Shown here: positions 10,880-20,159 of the stretch, in pieces | Layout of the letters: every line of letters begins with the position of its first letter | Position numbering within the stretch: the stretch's first letter is position 1 | NCBI GenBank assembly: GCA_963837175.1 | Contig: CAWIMJ010000047.1 | Coordinates: 1-64,000, forward strand | Length of the DNA stretch: 64,000 nt | Reading direction: 5' to 3' | Source: an uncultured Nitrososphaeraceae archaeon | GTDB lineage: Archaea > Thermoproteota > Nitrososphaeria > Nitrososphaerales > Nitrososphaeraceae | Position numbers and translations under genes: made by a program | The notes under the pieces: generated by a model | Told to the model about the DNA's origin: nothing | Database searches by the model: none | What the model saw: only the letters and a program-made list of their open reading frames with translations

Positions 10880-12466
10880 ATGCCTACAGAACCAATAAAA
10901 ACAGATTCAGGAATACCAGTAAAAAGAGTTTATAATAAGAAAGACTTATCGAAATTCGACCTGTTAGAAGAGGAACCTGGAAAATTTCCCTATAGCCGTG
11001 GATTATATCCAAACATGTATCGTGAACGCTTATGGACAATGCGGCAATATAGTGGCTTCGGAAGTGCAGAAGAGACAAACAATAGATTCAAATTTTTACT
11101 TGATCGTGGACAGACTGGATTGTCTCTGGCCTTTGACCTACCTACTCAGACTGGAAGAGATTCAGACGATCCTCAATCCGAAGGCGAAGTCGGAAGGACT
11201 GGCGTAGCTATCAGTTCAATTAAGGACATGATGACTGGTTTTCAAAATATACCTCTTGATAAAGTTAGCACTTCTATGACAATTAATTCGACTGCATCAA
11301 TACTTCTTTCACTCTATATTAGTATTGCAGAATCACAGGGAGTCTCGCCAGTTGAGCTTAGGGGGACGACTCAAAATGATATACTAAAAGAATATATTGC
11401 CAGAAATACCTATATTTATCCACCTAAACCTTCCATAAGACTTATTGGAGATATGATACAGTACACTTCAAAATTTGTTCCACAATGGTATCCTATTAGT
11501 ATATCGGGTTATCATATGCGAGAAGCAGGCTCAAATGCTATCCAAGAATTAGCATTTACCTTTGCAAACGCAATTGAGTATATAGAAACGTGCATTGAAA
11601 GAGGATTGCGAATAGACGATTTTGCTCCACGATTATCATTTTTCTTCTGTTGTACGATGGAATTCTTCGAAGAAATAGCTAAATTTAGAGCTGCAAGGCG
11701 CATATATGCTAAACTTATGAGGGATAGGTTCCATGCTAAGAATGCAAAATCATGGCATTTGCGTTTTCATGTCCAGACTAGTGGCGAATCGTTAACTGCT
11801 CAGCAAGCTGATAATAACATTGTTCGAGTTACTACCGAGGCATTAGCTGCTGTGTTGGGCGGGTGCCAATCTCTACATACTAATTCAAGGGACGAGGCAT
11901 TAGCCTTACCAACAGAAGAATCTGTCAAGATAGCACTTCGGACTCAACAAATAATCTCAACAGAAACTGGCGTTGTCAAGACAGTAGATCCTATGAGTGG
12001 TTCCTATTATGTCGAATATTTGACCACCAGGATAGAAGAAGAAGTTGACAAATATTTGAAGAAAATTAATCGAATGGGCGGAGCGCTAGCAGCTATTGAA
12101 AAAGGCTATTTTCAAGACGAGATCCGAAATAATGCTTATCAATTAAAAAAGGATATCGACCAAAAAAAGCGAATCATCGTAGGTGTAAATAAATTTGAAG
12201 ATCTCCATCCTGTTGAACCAATTCTAAATCGTATGGATGTAGAAATCGAAAGTAGACAGGTCGCTAGGTTAAAGGAGCTGAAAACTTCTAGAGACAATAT
12301 AAAGGTCGATCATGCTATTTCCGCATTGAAAAGGGCTGCAGAAAATCATGATGAAAACTTGATGCCACATATTATTAATGCAGTAAAGAGCTATGCTACT
12401 CTTGGAGAAATAAGTAATACATTAGGGCAAATATTCGGAAGATACGAACCAAAGATATCATTTTAA
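10880..12466 (+). CDS. Methylmalonyl-CoA mutase large (catalytic) subunit, 3HP/4HB cycle
   Basis: PGKFPYSRG, WTMRQYSGF, GLSLAFDLPTQ, GTTQNDILKEY, QSLHTNSRDEA; GAGGTGA SD upstream. Confidence 0.95.
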   Translation: MPTEPIKTDSGIPVKRVYNKKDLSKFDLLEEEPGKFPYSRGLYPNMYRERLWTMRQYSGFGSAEETNNRFKFLLDRGQTGLSLAFDLPTQTGRDSDDPQSEGEVGRTGVAISSIKDMMTGFQNIPLDKVSTSMTINSTASILLSLYISIAESQGVSPVELRGTTQNDILKEYIARNTYIYPPKPSIRLIGDMIQYTSKFVPQWYPISISGYHMREAGSNAIQELAFTFANAIEYIETCIERGLRIDDFAPRLSFFFCCTMEFFEEIAKFRAARRIYAKLMRDRFHAKNAKSWHLRFHVQTSGESLTAQQADNNIVRVTTEALAAVLGGCQSLHTNSRDEALALPTEESVKIALRTQQIISTETGVVKTVDPMSGSYYVEYLTTRIEEEVDKYLKKINRMGGALAAIEKGYFQDEIRNNAYQLKKDIDQKKRIIVGVNKFEDLHPVEPILNRMDVEIESRQVARLKELKTSRDNIKVDHAISALKRAAENHDENLMPHIINAVKSYATLGEISNTLGQIFGRYEPKISF

Positions 12467-12763
12467 TTTTATAATTTTACGCAAAAGGTCATACCGATAG
12501 ATAAAATGATGAATAGTCGTTATTTTTTATTATAGCCATTTTTGTTTTGATCTCGATAAAAATGGAAGATTAATGCTTTCATTAAATCCTAAAACTGTCA
12601 ACGAATAGAACGTTTTGATTCTAAGGTGTTTCTCAGTCTATATTCTCTTTATTGTAATCTCTCTTTTACTGGATATTCACGAAAAGGTAAGAAATGCGAT
12701 TCAATAGATGAGTAGTGCTCAATACACGATAGATCACAAGAGCATTATTATAATATTTAGGAG

Positions 12764-12788
12764 GAAGTATGACTGGTTAAGTTAACAG
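12764..12788. promoter_or_regulatory. Candidate operator, copy 2 (GAAGTATGACTGGTTAAGTTAACAG), upstream of mce
   Basis: Near-identical to 9817-9841 at a similar distance (111 vs 117 nt) from the downstream ATG. Confidence 0.55.
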
Positions 12789-12874
12789 AGCCATAATAAT
12801 AAATTCTATATTTAATATCTGTAGTTCATAAATAAAATTTTATATATTGATGTATAATTTCACAGGTAAGCGAA

Positions 12875-13276
12875 ATGAGAGTAGACCATATCGCAATAGC
12901 CGTTAACAATGTCGATGAGGCAGTAAGAGATTATCAAAGGATCCTAAATCTAGATAGACTTGAATTTGAGGTTGTACCTAATGAAAAAGTGAGAGTTGCT
13001 ATGCTTAGTCTAGAAGATACCAGAATAGAATTGATGGAGCCTACCTCTGATGACAGCCCTATCAAAAAATTTCTTAATGAACGCGGCGAAGGTATACATC
13101 ACATCGCGATTACAGCTGATGATATAGAAAAAGATGTAGCAAAAGCTTCAGCAAACGGGATGAAAATGTTAGGAGGTTTACGTTCCGGTTCTTACGGCAG
13201 GAGGATTACCTTCATTCATCCAAAATCTTTGCATGGTGTTTTGACAGAGTTCTGTGAAGCGCCGCAAAAAGAATGA
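12875..13276 (+). CDS. mce: Methylmalonyl-CoA epimerase
   Basis: VOC fold: DHIAIAV, IELMEP, GEGIHHIA, FIHPKSLHGVLTE; adjacent to mutase. Confidence 0.93.
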   Translation: MRVDHIAIAVNNVDEAVRDYQRILNLDRLEFEVVPNEKVRVAMLSLEDTRIELMEPTSDDSPIKKFLNERGEGIHHIAITADDIEKDVAKASANGMKMLGGLRSGSYGRRITFIHPKSLHGVLTEFCEAPQKE

Positions 13277-13514
13277 TTATATGTATTCTCTGATTAATAA
13301 CTTTCTCCTTTTAAAAAACTATATACTGCTTCTTTGAAACCCTATTTAATATAAAATATGTAGAATGTTTTTTTACACTGCTAAATTTTATGTCTACTCC
13401 AAATTTTAATACTAAATGTATATTATTCTCATCTTTTGCCAACAATTTAATGTAATGTATCGTTTTGGCATAGGATAATTAATATTGAATCTTTGCATAT
13501 ACTATAGATTGAGA

Positions 13515-13880
13515 ATGGTTTGGAATTGTGCTGTATGTGGTTCACAATTTGCAAATAAGCAGTGTTATTTTTGTGAAAGCAAAATATGCTCTTCCTGTAC
13601 AGCACCCGTAGATGTGACCGGAGGATATACTATAAAATGTATCAACTGTGCCAGACATGCGATTAATAAAATTAGCTTTCTTTCTGTTATTAGAAGAAAT
13701 AAGATTATAATAGGAATCCTTTTAGGCTTTTGGATCTTTACTGTTTATCCTATTCCTTTTCTCCAGATGCTTGGTTACAATATTCCTGCAACAGCATTTC
13801 AGCCTGTTCTTATTACAACTGCTATCATGGTTATTCCATTCATTTTCCTGTTTATCGCGTGGCAGAAGAGAGGCACTTAA
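13515..13880 (+). CDS. Hypothetical protein with N-terminal Cys-rich zinc finger and two C-terminal TM helices
   Basis: Four CxxC pairs (CAVC, CYFC, CSSC, CINC) then two hydrophobic segments; ATG at 13515. Confidence 0.7.
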   Translation: MVWNCAVCGSQFANKQCYFCESKICSSCTAPVDVTGGYTIKCINCARHAINKISFLSVIRRNKIIIGILLGFWIFTVYPIPFLQMLGYNIPATAFQPVLITTAIMVIPFIFLFIAWQKRGT

Positions 13881-13946
13881 CGTATTAGATCAAATAGAAA
13901 TAATGAGTTACAATGCTGATTTAATAAACATTAGAAGATGGATATC

Positions 13947-14972
13947 TCAATATAGATTAGTTTTAACTAAATTCGTGAACTCTTTTGTAGTGAGTTCTCC
14001 TCCAATGTCTTTTGTTTTTTTATTTTCTTTCAGCAAGCAGTATATAGCGTGTTCGATTCGCTTTCCTTGCGTAAGAGCATCTTCATCATTATTCTTGTAG
14101 GCCAACCACTCAAGCATCATTTTCGTTGATAGTAGAATTGACGAAGGATTTGCTATGTTCTTTCCTGCAATATCAAATGCTGCGCCATGAACGGGTTCAA
14201 ATAATGCGAAGTCATCACCTATATTGGCGGCCGGTCCCATTCCTAGACTACCTGCTATTTGTGATGCTTCATCCGATAGTATGTCCCCAAAAAGATTAGT
14301 AGTTAAAATAACATCGAATTCTTCAGGATTTCGAATTAAATTCATTGCACAAGCATCCACATATAGTTCACTATATTCTATGCTTGGATATTTTTCTGCA
14401 ACTGATTTACATGTCCTTGCAAATAACCCGTCGCCTTTTCGTAGAACATTTGCTTTATGAACTGCTACGACTTTACGTTTTTTGTTTCTGAGAATGGACA
14501 ACTTAAAAGCATGTTCAGCGATTCTCCTAGATGCCCTTTCTGAAGTTAACCTTAGTGCAATAACAGTACTATCATCGGCATAAAACTCCCATCCCAGGTA
14601 TAGGTCTTCAGTATTCTCTCGTACAATCACCAAATCTATATTATTAGAATAAGTCGGTGTGTTCGGAAAAGATTTCGCTGGCCTGACATTCGCATAAAGA
14701 TCAAATATCTGTCTCAAGACTACGATCACATCAGCGGCGCTTTCTCCTACTGGGCCTTTCAGACAGGCGTCAGATTCTTTTATTTTAGCCAAGGTTGAGT
14801 CTGGTAATGCTTTGCCAAACTTACTAATTGCATTATCTCCAGCTGAAACTTCAAATATAGTAAACTTAGTTTTAGAATTATCATTTATACTCTCCAAAAT
14901 TGTCTTTGCAGAAGACGTGAGATCAGGACCTATTCCGTCACCAATAATAAGCGCAATATTATACCTTGACAA
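13947..14972 (-). CDS. leuB: 3-isopropylmalate dehydrogenase (isocitrate/isopropylmalate DH family)
   Basis: GDGIGP, RENTEDLY, VHKANV, NLFGDILSD, FEPVHGAAFDIAGK; operon with leuA. Confidence 0.88.
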   Translation of the reverse strand: MSRYNIALIIGDGIGPDLTSSAKTILESINDNSKTKFTIFEVSAGDNAISKFGKALPDSTLAKIKESDACLKGPVGESAADVIVVLRQIFDLYANVRPAKSFPNTPTYSNNIDLVIVRENTEDLYLGWEFYADDSTVIALRLTSERASRRIAEHAFKLSILRNKKRKVVAVHKANVLRKGDGLFARTCKSVAEKYPSIEYSELYVDACAMNLIRNPEEFDVILTTNLFGDILSDEASQIAGSLGMGPAANIGDDFALFEPVHGAAFDIAGKNIANPSSILLSTKMMLEWLAYKNNDEDALTQGKRIEHAIYCLLKENKKTKDIGGELTTKEFTNLVKTNLY

Positions 14973-15005
14973 ATAGTCTTTATCCTTTAAGATTTTGTAA
15001 TAAAC

Positions 15006-16520
15006 CTAATTCTTGGTATAAAGAACCTTTCTTAGCATTGTTTTATTTATTGCATCCATCATAGCTTGAACTGAGGCAATTACTACATCTTCACCTGACT
15101 TTCTTGCAGAAACGATATTGCCATTTTTATCTTCTACTTTGATAACAACCTCTGCCAATGCGTCTGAACCGCCGGTAATAGAATCTAATTTGTATTCACG
15201 AATTTTAATATTAGCCAGTTCCCCTGCGATTTTTTGAATTGCTTTTAGTGCAGCATCTACAGGTCCTACACCTATTTCAGAGGCAACAAAATCGTTACCA
15301 TCAGTATTCAATCTAACTACGGCTGTTGGGATGATATTCATTCCCGTTACAATGTGAAAATCGTAGAGCTTGAATTTTTCTTCAAACTTGCTATTATTCA
15401 TAATCTCTCCAGTGATAGACAAAAGCTCTGCAGTTGTTATAGACTTTCCTTTGTCTGCGAGTATTTTTTGTTTTTCAACAATAGAGTGAATTTGATCATC
15501 TGTCGGTCTAATACCGAATTCTTCTAACATTGCTCTAATTCCATGAGCACCGGCATGTTTTCCTGCTTGAAGCCATCTTTTTCTTCCTACAATCTCTGGA
15601 CTAATAGGTTCATAAGTAAGGGGATTGTTCAAGATACCGTGAGTGTGAATGCCAGACTCATGGCCAAAGGCATTTTCACCAATTATCGCTTTGTTCGGTT
15701 GAACTATTATTCCCATTTTATTAGATACAAACTTGGACGTCTCATAAAGCAATTCAGTTTTAATATTATGCCTTTTATTGAATAAGCACTGAAGTGCCAT
15801 AACCAATTCCTCTAACGACGCATTTCCCGCTCTTTCTCCAAGTCCATTAATTGTCACATGAGCACAAGTAGCACCAGCGTTAATTCCGGCAATTGAATTA
15901 GCGACTGCTAGCCCAAAGTCGTCATGACAATGCATGCTGATAGCCAAATTTGTCGCTGATTTAACCTCAGCGACAAGTTCAGTGATATATTGGGGAGTTG
16001 CATACCCAACAGTATCTGGTATATCTATTCTATCTGCACCTGCCATCTCCACTGCTTTAAAAATTTTCTTTAAGAATTCTTTATCAGATCTAGTCGCATC
16101 CTCTGCAGAAAATTCTACTTTCATGCCATGTTTTTTTGCGTATTCTACTGCCGAGACAGCTTTTTCTAGAACTTGATCACGCGTCATCTTTAGCTTGTAT
16201 TGCATATGAATATCAGAAGTAGCAATAAAGGTGTGGACATATGCAAGATTACATTTTATAGCAGCATCTATGTCAGTTTGTATAGTCCGAGCTAGACCAC
16301 ATATTTCTGCTTTTAGTCCTTGCTTTGCAATGTTTGTTATTGCTTCCATTTCTCCATGAGAAACAATCGGAAAACCTGCCTCAATTATATCGACACCTAA
16401 CTCGTCAAGTTGAGAAGCAATCTCAATTTTTTGTTTTGGAGTAATAGAAACACCCGGCGTCTGTTCACCATCTCTTAACGTAGTATCAAAAATCTTTATG
16501 ATTTCTTTTGAATTGGACAT
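15006..16520 (-). CDS. leuA: 2-isopropylmalate synthase (LeuA/CimA family)
   Basis: DTTLRDGEQ, HCHDDFG, GERAGN, HESGIH, C-terminal regulatory domain GVGPVDA. Confidence 0.88.
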   Translation of the reverse strand: MSNSKEIIKIFDTTLRDGEQTPGVSITPKQKIEIASQLDELGVDIIEAGFPIVSHGEMEAITNIAKQGLKAEICGLARTIQTDIDAAIKCNLAYVHTFIATSDIHMQYKLKMTRDQVLEKAVSAVEYAKKHGMKVEFSAEDATRSDKEFLKKIFKAVEMAGADRIDIPDTVGYATPQYITELVAEVKSATNLAISMHCHDDFGLAVANSIAGINAGATCAHVTINGLGERAGNASLEELVMALQCLFNKRHNIKTELLYETSKFVSNKMGIIVQPNKAIIGENAFGHESGIHTHGILNNPLTYEPISPEIVGRKRWLQAGKHAGAHGIRAMLEEFGIRPTDDQIHSIVEKQKILADKGKSITTAELLSITGEIMNNSKFEEKFKLYDFHIVTGMNIIPTAVVRLNTDGNDFVASEIGVGPVDAALKAIQKIAGELANIKIREYKLDSITGGSDALAEVVIKVEDKNGNIVSARKSGEDVVIASVQAMMDAINKTMLRKVLYTKN

Positions 16521-17059
16521 TAAGAGTGGGTCCCCCTTGGAAGAGCCGAAACACCTGTTCTTGCTAATTGGATTATTCCGTAATGGCTAACAAGATTCTT
16601 AAATGCATCTATTTTGTCAGGCGTACCAGTAACTTCTACAATAATAGTCTCCTTACTTATATCGAGTATATTCGCCCTAAAAATTGATGCGAAATTTGTT
16701 ATTTCCATTCTACTAGTCGGATCTACTGCCCTCAATTTAATTAGGGCAAGTTCACGATAAACAGTTCTTTCTGTGTCAAGAACTTTCACATCTACTACGT
16801 CAATTAGTTTTCTTAGCTGTTTTACTAATTGATCTAATGTCTTTTCATCACTTTCTGTTGTAATAGTCATTCTTGAAAGATCGGCATTTTCAGTTGATCC
16901 AACTGTGATGCTTTCTATGTTAAAGTTCCTTGCCCTAAAGAGATTAGTTATCCTAAACAAAACGCCAGGCTTATCCTCTACTACGGCAGATACTATATAC
17001 CAAGTTTTGCCATCCACAATTGGCATATTCAAATATGAAGAAGCAGACGTAATCGTCAT
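16520..17059 (-). CDS. ilvH: Acetolactate synthase small (regulatory) subunit
   Basis: ACT domain VEDKPGVL..FRARNFNIESITVG, LARTG. Confidence 0.93.
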   Translation of the reverse strand: MTITSASSYLNMPIVDGKTWYIVSAVVEDKPGVLFRITNLFRARNFNIESITVGSTENADLSRMTITTESDEKTLDQLVKQLRKLIDVVDVKVLDTERTVYRELALIKLRAVDPTSRMEITNFASIFRANILDISKETIIVEVTGTPDKIDAFKNLVSHYGIIQLARTGVSALPRGTHS

Positions 17060-17067
17060 AATTTAAC

Positions 17068-18756
17068 TCATGATCCTGTAATCATGTCTTTAAGGCCAGT
17101 TCCTGGTGCAACAAACGGATAGACATCTTCTTCTGGATCTATGGGAATATCTATGACAGTAGCAACATCCGTCTTTATAGCTGATCTTATTGCTTTTTCT
17201 AAATCTTGCAATGACTGAACTTTAATTCCCTGCGCACCATATGCTTCGGCTATCTTGGCATAATCAGGACAGCAACGCTGGTGCACACCCATATATCTTC
17301 TATTATAAAATGTCCGTTGCCATTGAGCTACCATTCCTAACATATAATTATTCATTAAAAAAACAATTACAGGTAGGTTATCAAGAACTGAAACTGCAAG
17401 AGAATTCTCAGTCATATTAAACGAACCATCGCCAGCGATGTCAACTACTGGCACTTCTGGCATAGCCGCTTTAGCCCCTATAGAGGCAGGGAATCCAAAA
17501 CCCATTGTTCCTAATCCTGTGGAACTAAAAAAAGTACCAGGAGAAATAACATCAAAATGCAATGATGCCCACATTTGACATTGTCCTACTTCCGTAGTTG
17601 CAATCGCCTTTGAAGGTAAGATTTCCCTAAGTTTTTTTAATGCTTTTCTAGCTGTTAGGTCTCTCGGAAAATCCTTAATGCTTTCAGCATAATAATTGAT
17701 CAATTCAACTCTTCTCTTCAACCAAGGATAGTCTGCATTTTTTTTTACTATTTTCGTAGAGATCATCTTTACAAGCGTTCTTAGAGAAGATTTGACATCA
17801 CCTACTACTGCTACATCAACAGATTTATTTTTACCAATTTCTGCTGGATCAACGTCCATATGAATGATGCTCATTCCCTTTCCGAATTCATCAAATCTAC
17901 CAACAGATCTATCAGAAAATCTGGCTCCTACAGCTAATATACAATCTGCTTCAAGGATGATCTTATTTGCTTCTGGATGCCCATGCATTCCTATAGGACC
18001 CATCGCGAGAGGATGGTTTTCTGGAAAAGCTCCTTTACCCTTAAATGTCGTCACTACCGGACTCATTAACAATTCTGCCGCGGCCTGTAATTCGGAAAAC
18101 GCACCTGAGAGAATCACTCCGCCGCCAGCCATTATTATTGGTCTCTCTGCCTTTAGTAATAGCTCCACAGCCTTTCCTATCTGGGTTAGATCTGCATCAA
18201 TAATGGGGTTGTACCCACGTACCTTGATAAGATCAGGAAATTTCATATCTGCCGAAGATTGTTGTACATCTTTTGGGATATCTATAAGAACAGGACCTGG
18301 TCTTCCGCTCTCGGTTATATAGAATGCCTTTTTCACTATTTCCGGAATTTCTTCAGGAGCCCTTGGCTGAAACGCATATTTAGTACAAGGATTTGCGACA
18401 CCTATTATGTCAGTTTCTTGGAATGCATCCTTTCCTATCATGGCTAATGGCACCTGACCTGTTACTGCAACCATAGGTGATGAATCAGCGTAGGCTGTTG
18501 CTATTCCTGTAATTAAGTTAGTAGCGCCTGGACCTGAAGTGGCAAAGCAGACACCAGCTTTTCTTTTAATCCTTGCATAGCCATCAGCCATATGAGCGGC
18601 AGATTGTTCGTGTCGTACAAGTATATGCCTGAAATTTGCCTCCACTAAAGCATCGTATATAGGTAAGTTAGCTCCTCCGGGAAGTCCAAACACTACGTCG
18701 ACGTCCTCTTTTTCTAGAGCATAGATGAGTGCTTTTGCACCAGTCATTTCCACCAT
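17068..18756 (-). CDS. ilvB: Acetolactate synthase large subunit
   Basis: FGLPGGA, RHEQ, TSGPGATN, GDGSFNM, LGMVAQWQ; GGTGA SD 10 nt before ATG. Confidence 0.95.
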   Translation of the reverse strand: MVEMTGAKALIYALEKEDVDVVFGLPGGANLPIYDALVEANFRHILVRHEQSAAHMADGYARIKRKAGVCFATSGPGATNLITGIATAYADSSPMVAVTGQVPLAMIGKDAFQETDIIGVANPCTKYAFQPRAPEEIPEIVKKAFYITESGRPGPVLIDIPKDVQQSSADMKFPDLIKVRGYNPIIDADLTQIGKAVELLLKAERPIIMAGGGVILSGAFSELQAAAELLMSPVVTTFKGKGAFPENHPLAMGPIGMHGHPEANKIILEADCILAVGARFSDRSVGRFDEFGKGMSIIHMDVDPAEIGKNKSVDVAVVGDVKSSLRTLVKMISTKIVKKNADYPWLKRRVELINYYAESIKDFPRDLTARKALKKLREILPSKAIATTEVGQCQMWASLHFDVISPGTFFSSTGLGTMGFGFPASIGAKAAMPEVPVVDIAGDGSFNMTENSLAVSVLDNLPVIVFLMNNYMLGMVAQWQRTFYNRRYMGVHQRCCPDYAKIAEAYGAQGIKVQSLQDLEKAIRSAIKTDVATVIDIPIDPEEDVYPFVAPGTGLKDMITGS

Positions 18757-18821
18757 ATTATGCTATTCACCAATATTGTTTTTCTAAATAAACGCCCTGC
18801 TAAAACAGGAGAGTGCAGAGC

Positions 18822-18926
18822 TTAGTTCAGAGATCTTAACTTGGGCAACAACAGGCTAACGGACACATCTTTAACCTGGAACTGCAAGCAAGGTAATGTA
18901 AACCCTCCGCCAGTCTTAGGAGACAT
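18822..18926 (-). CDS. Putative ilv/leu operon leader peptide, 34 aa: MSPKTGGGFTLPCLQFQVKDVSVSLLLPKLRSLN
   Basis: ATG lies 24 nt after TTTATTAA (leaderless spacing as at fbp); 7 Leu including LLL, 3 Val; followed by a GC-rich hairpin and U-rich tract; below the ORF-track cut-off. Confidence 0.55.
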   Translation of the reverse strand: MSPKTGGGFTLPCLQFQVKDVSVSLLLPKLRSLN

Positions 18927-18950
18927 TCTTCATACAATGCAATGATATTA

Positions 18951-18958
18951 TTAATAAA
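18951..18958 (-). promoter_or_regulatory. TATA box for the leader-ilvB-ilvH-leuA-leuB transcript
   Basis: TTTATTAA on minus strand preceded by A-rich BRE-like CAAAATC. Confidence 0.55.
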
Positions 18959-19276
18959 GATTTTGCCAGTTAACGCTGATAATTAACAGTAACTGCCATA
19001 AAATTAACGCCTGTATAATAGCATAGCGAAAGACTCGGCATCACGCTCGATCTATAAATTTCTTGGTATCGATATCGCTTTGTATAAGTGCGATGCCATG
19101 ACAGGTCTATAGCTGACGATACGTTCATTTGATTAACACTCTATGGGATTGAATATAGAATAATTGCTTTAATCACAAGATAACATTTGAAAGATGAAAA
19201 ATCTAAAAGGTATCTTCTGCTTTGTAGATGTGTATAAGCTTAACGGCGCAATATAGATATACTTCTGATCGCTTAA

Positions 19277-20125
19277 CTAGCCAACAGATTTAATTTCTTT
19301 TTGGTGTTCTTTAATCTGTGTTGCTTTTTCCTTAAGATAAACTTCAGAAGCTTCTCTTAAATCCAGATTGTTGTGCACAATTGACCTCACAGATTTTATC
19401 ATTGCGACAGCATAACTTGATTGCCAAATGTTTCTACCCATATCAACCCCCGCGGCTCCGTGTTCTATGGCATCATAGGTTAACTTTAAAGCGTCGATTT
19501 CATTTGGTAGTTTCTTGCCTCCTGCTATGATTAGCGGAACCGGGCAGCCTTCTACAACACTTTCAAAATTATCACAATAGTATGTTTTTACGATATGTGC
19601 TCCCTGTTCAGCAGCAACTCTACATGCCAAAGCAAGATACCTAGCATCTCTGATCATATCCTTTCCTACTGCAGTAACGGCCAGCACAGGAATACCGTAT
19701 TTTTCACCTTCATCTACTAATCGGGACAAGCTTGCAAGAGTTTGATGCTCATATTTACTTCCAACGAAGATTGAAATAGCCAGACAAGAGGCATTAAGTT
19801 TGATAGCTTCTTCTATAGAGGTTGTTATAGTCTCATTGGAAAGATCTTCTCCAACAATACTTGTTCCCCCAGAGACTCGGAGAACTATTGGAACATCTGT
19901 ACTTGGGTTAATTGATGTTCTTAAAATTCCTCTTGTGACCATTAATGAGTCAGCATATGGTAATAAGGGTTTGATGGTTCTATTGGGAATTTCCAACCCT
20001 TCTGTGGGACCCAAAAAATAGCCATGATCAACTGCAAGCATCACACAGCGACCGTCTTGTTGACGAATGATCTTTGACATTCTATTTTTCATTCCCCAAT
20101 CCATGCTACTAATCCCTTTTGACAT
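19277..20125 (-). CDS. lsrF: LsrF-like class I (DhnA family) aldolase/thiolase
   Basis: MDWGMKNRMS, LAVDHGYFLGP, VKTYY Schiff-base Lys, AGGKK, GVDMGRNIWQ. Confidence 0.8.
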   Translation of the reverse strand: MSKGISSMDWGMKNRMSKIIRQQDGRCVMLAVDHGYFLGPTEGLEIPNRTIKPLLPYADSLMVTRGILRTSINPSTDVPIVLRVSGGTSIVGEDLSNETITTSIEEAIKLNASCLAISIFVGSKYEHQTLASLSRLVDEGEKYGIPVLAVTAVGKDMIRDARYLALACRVAAEQGAHIVKTYYCDNFESVVEGCPVPLIIAGGKKLPNEIDALKLTYDAIEHGAAGVDMGRNIWQSSYAVAMIKSVRSIVHNNLDLREASEVYLKEKATQIKEHQKEIKSVG

Positions 20126-20159
20126 TATCTTTTTTTATTATATATATCTTTTAATTTTT

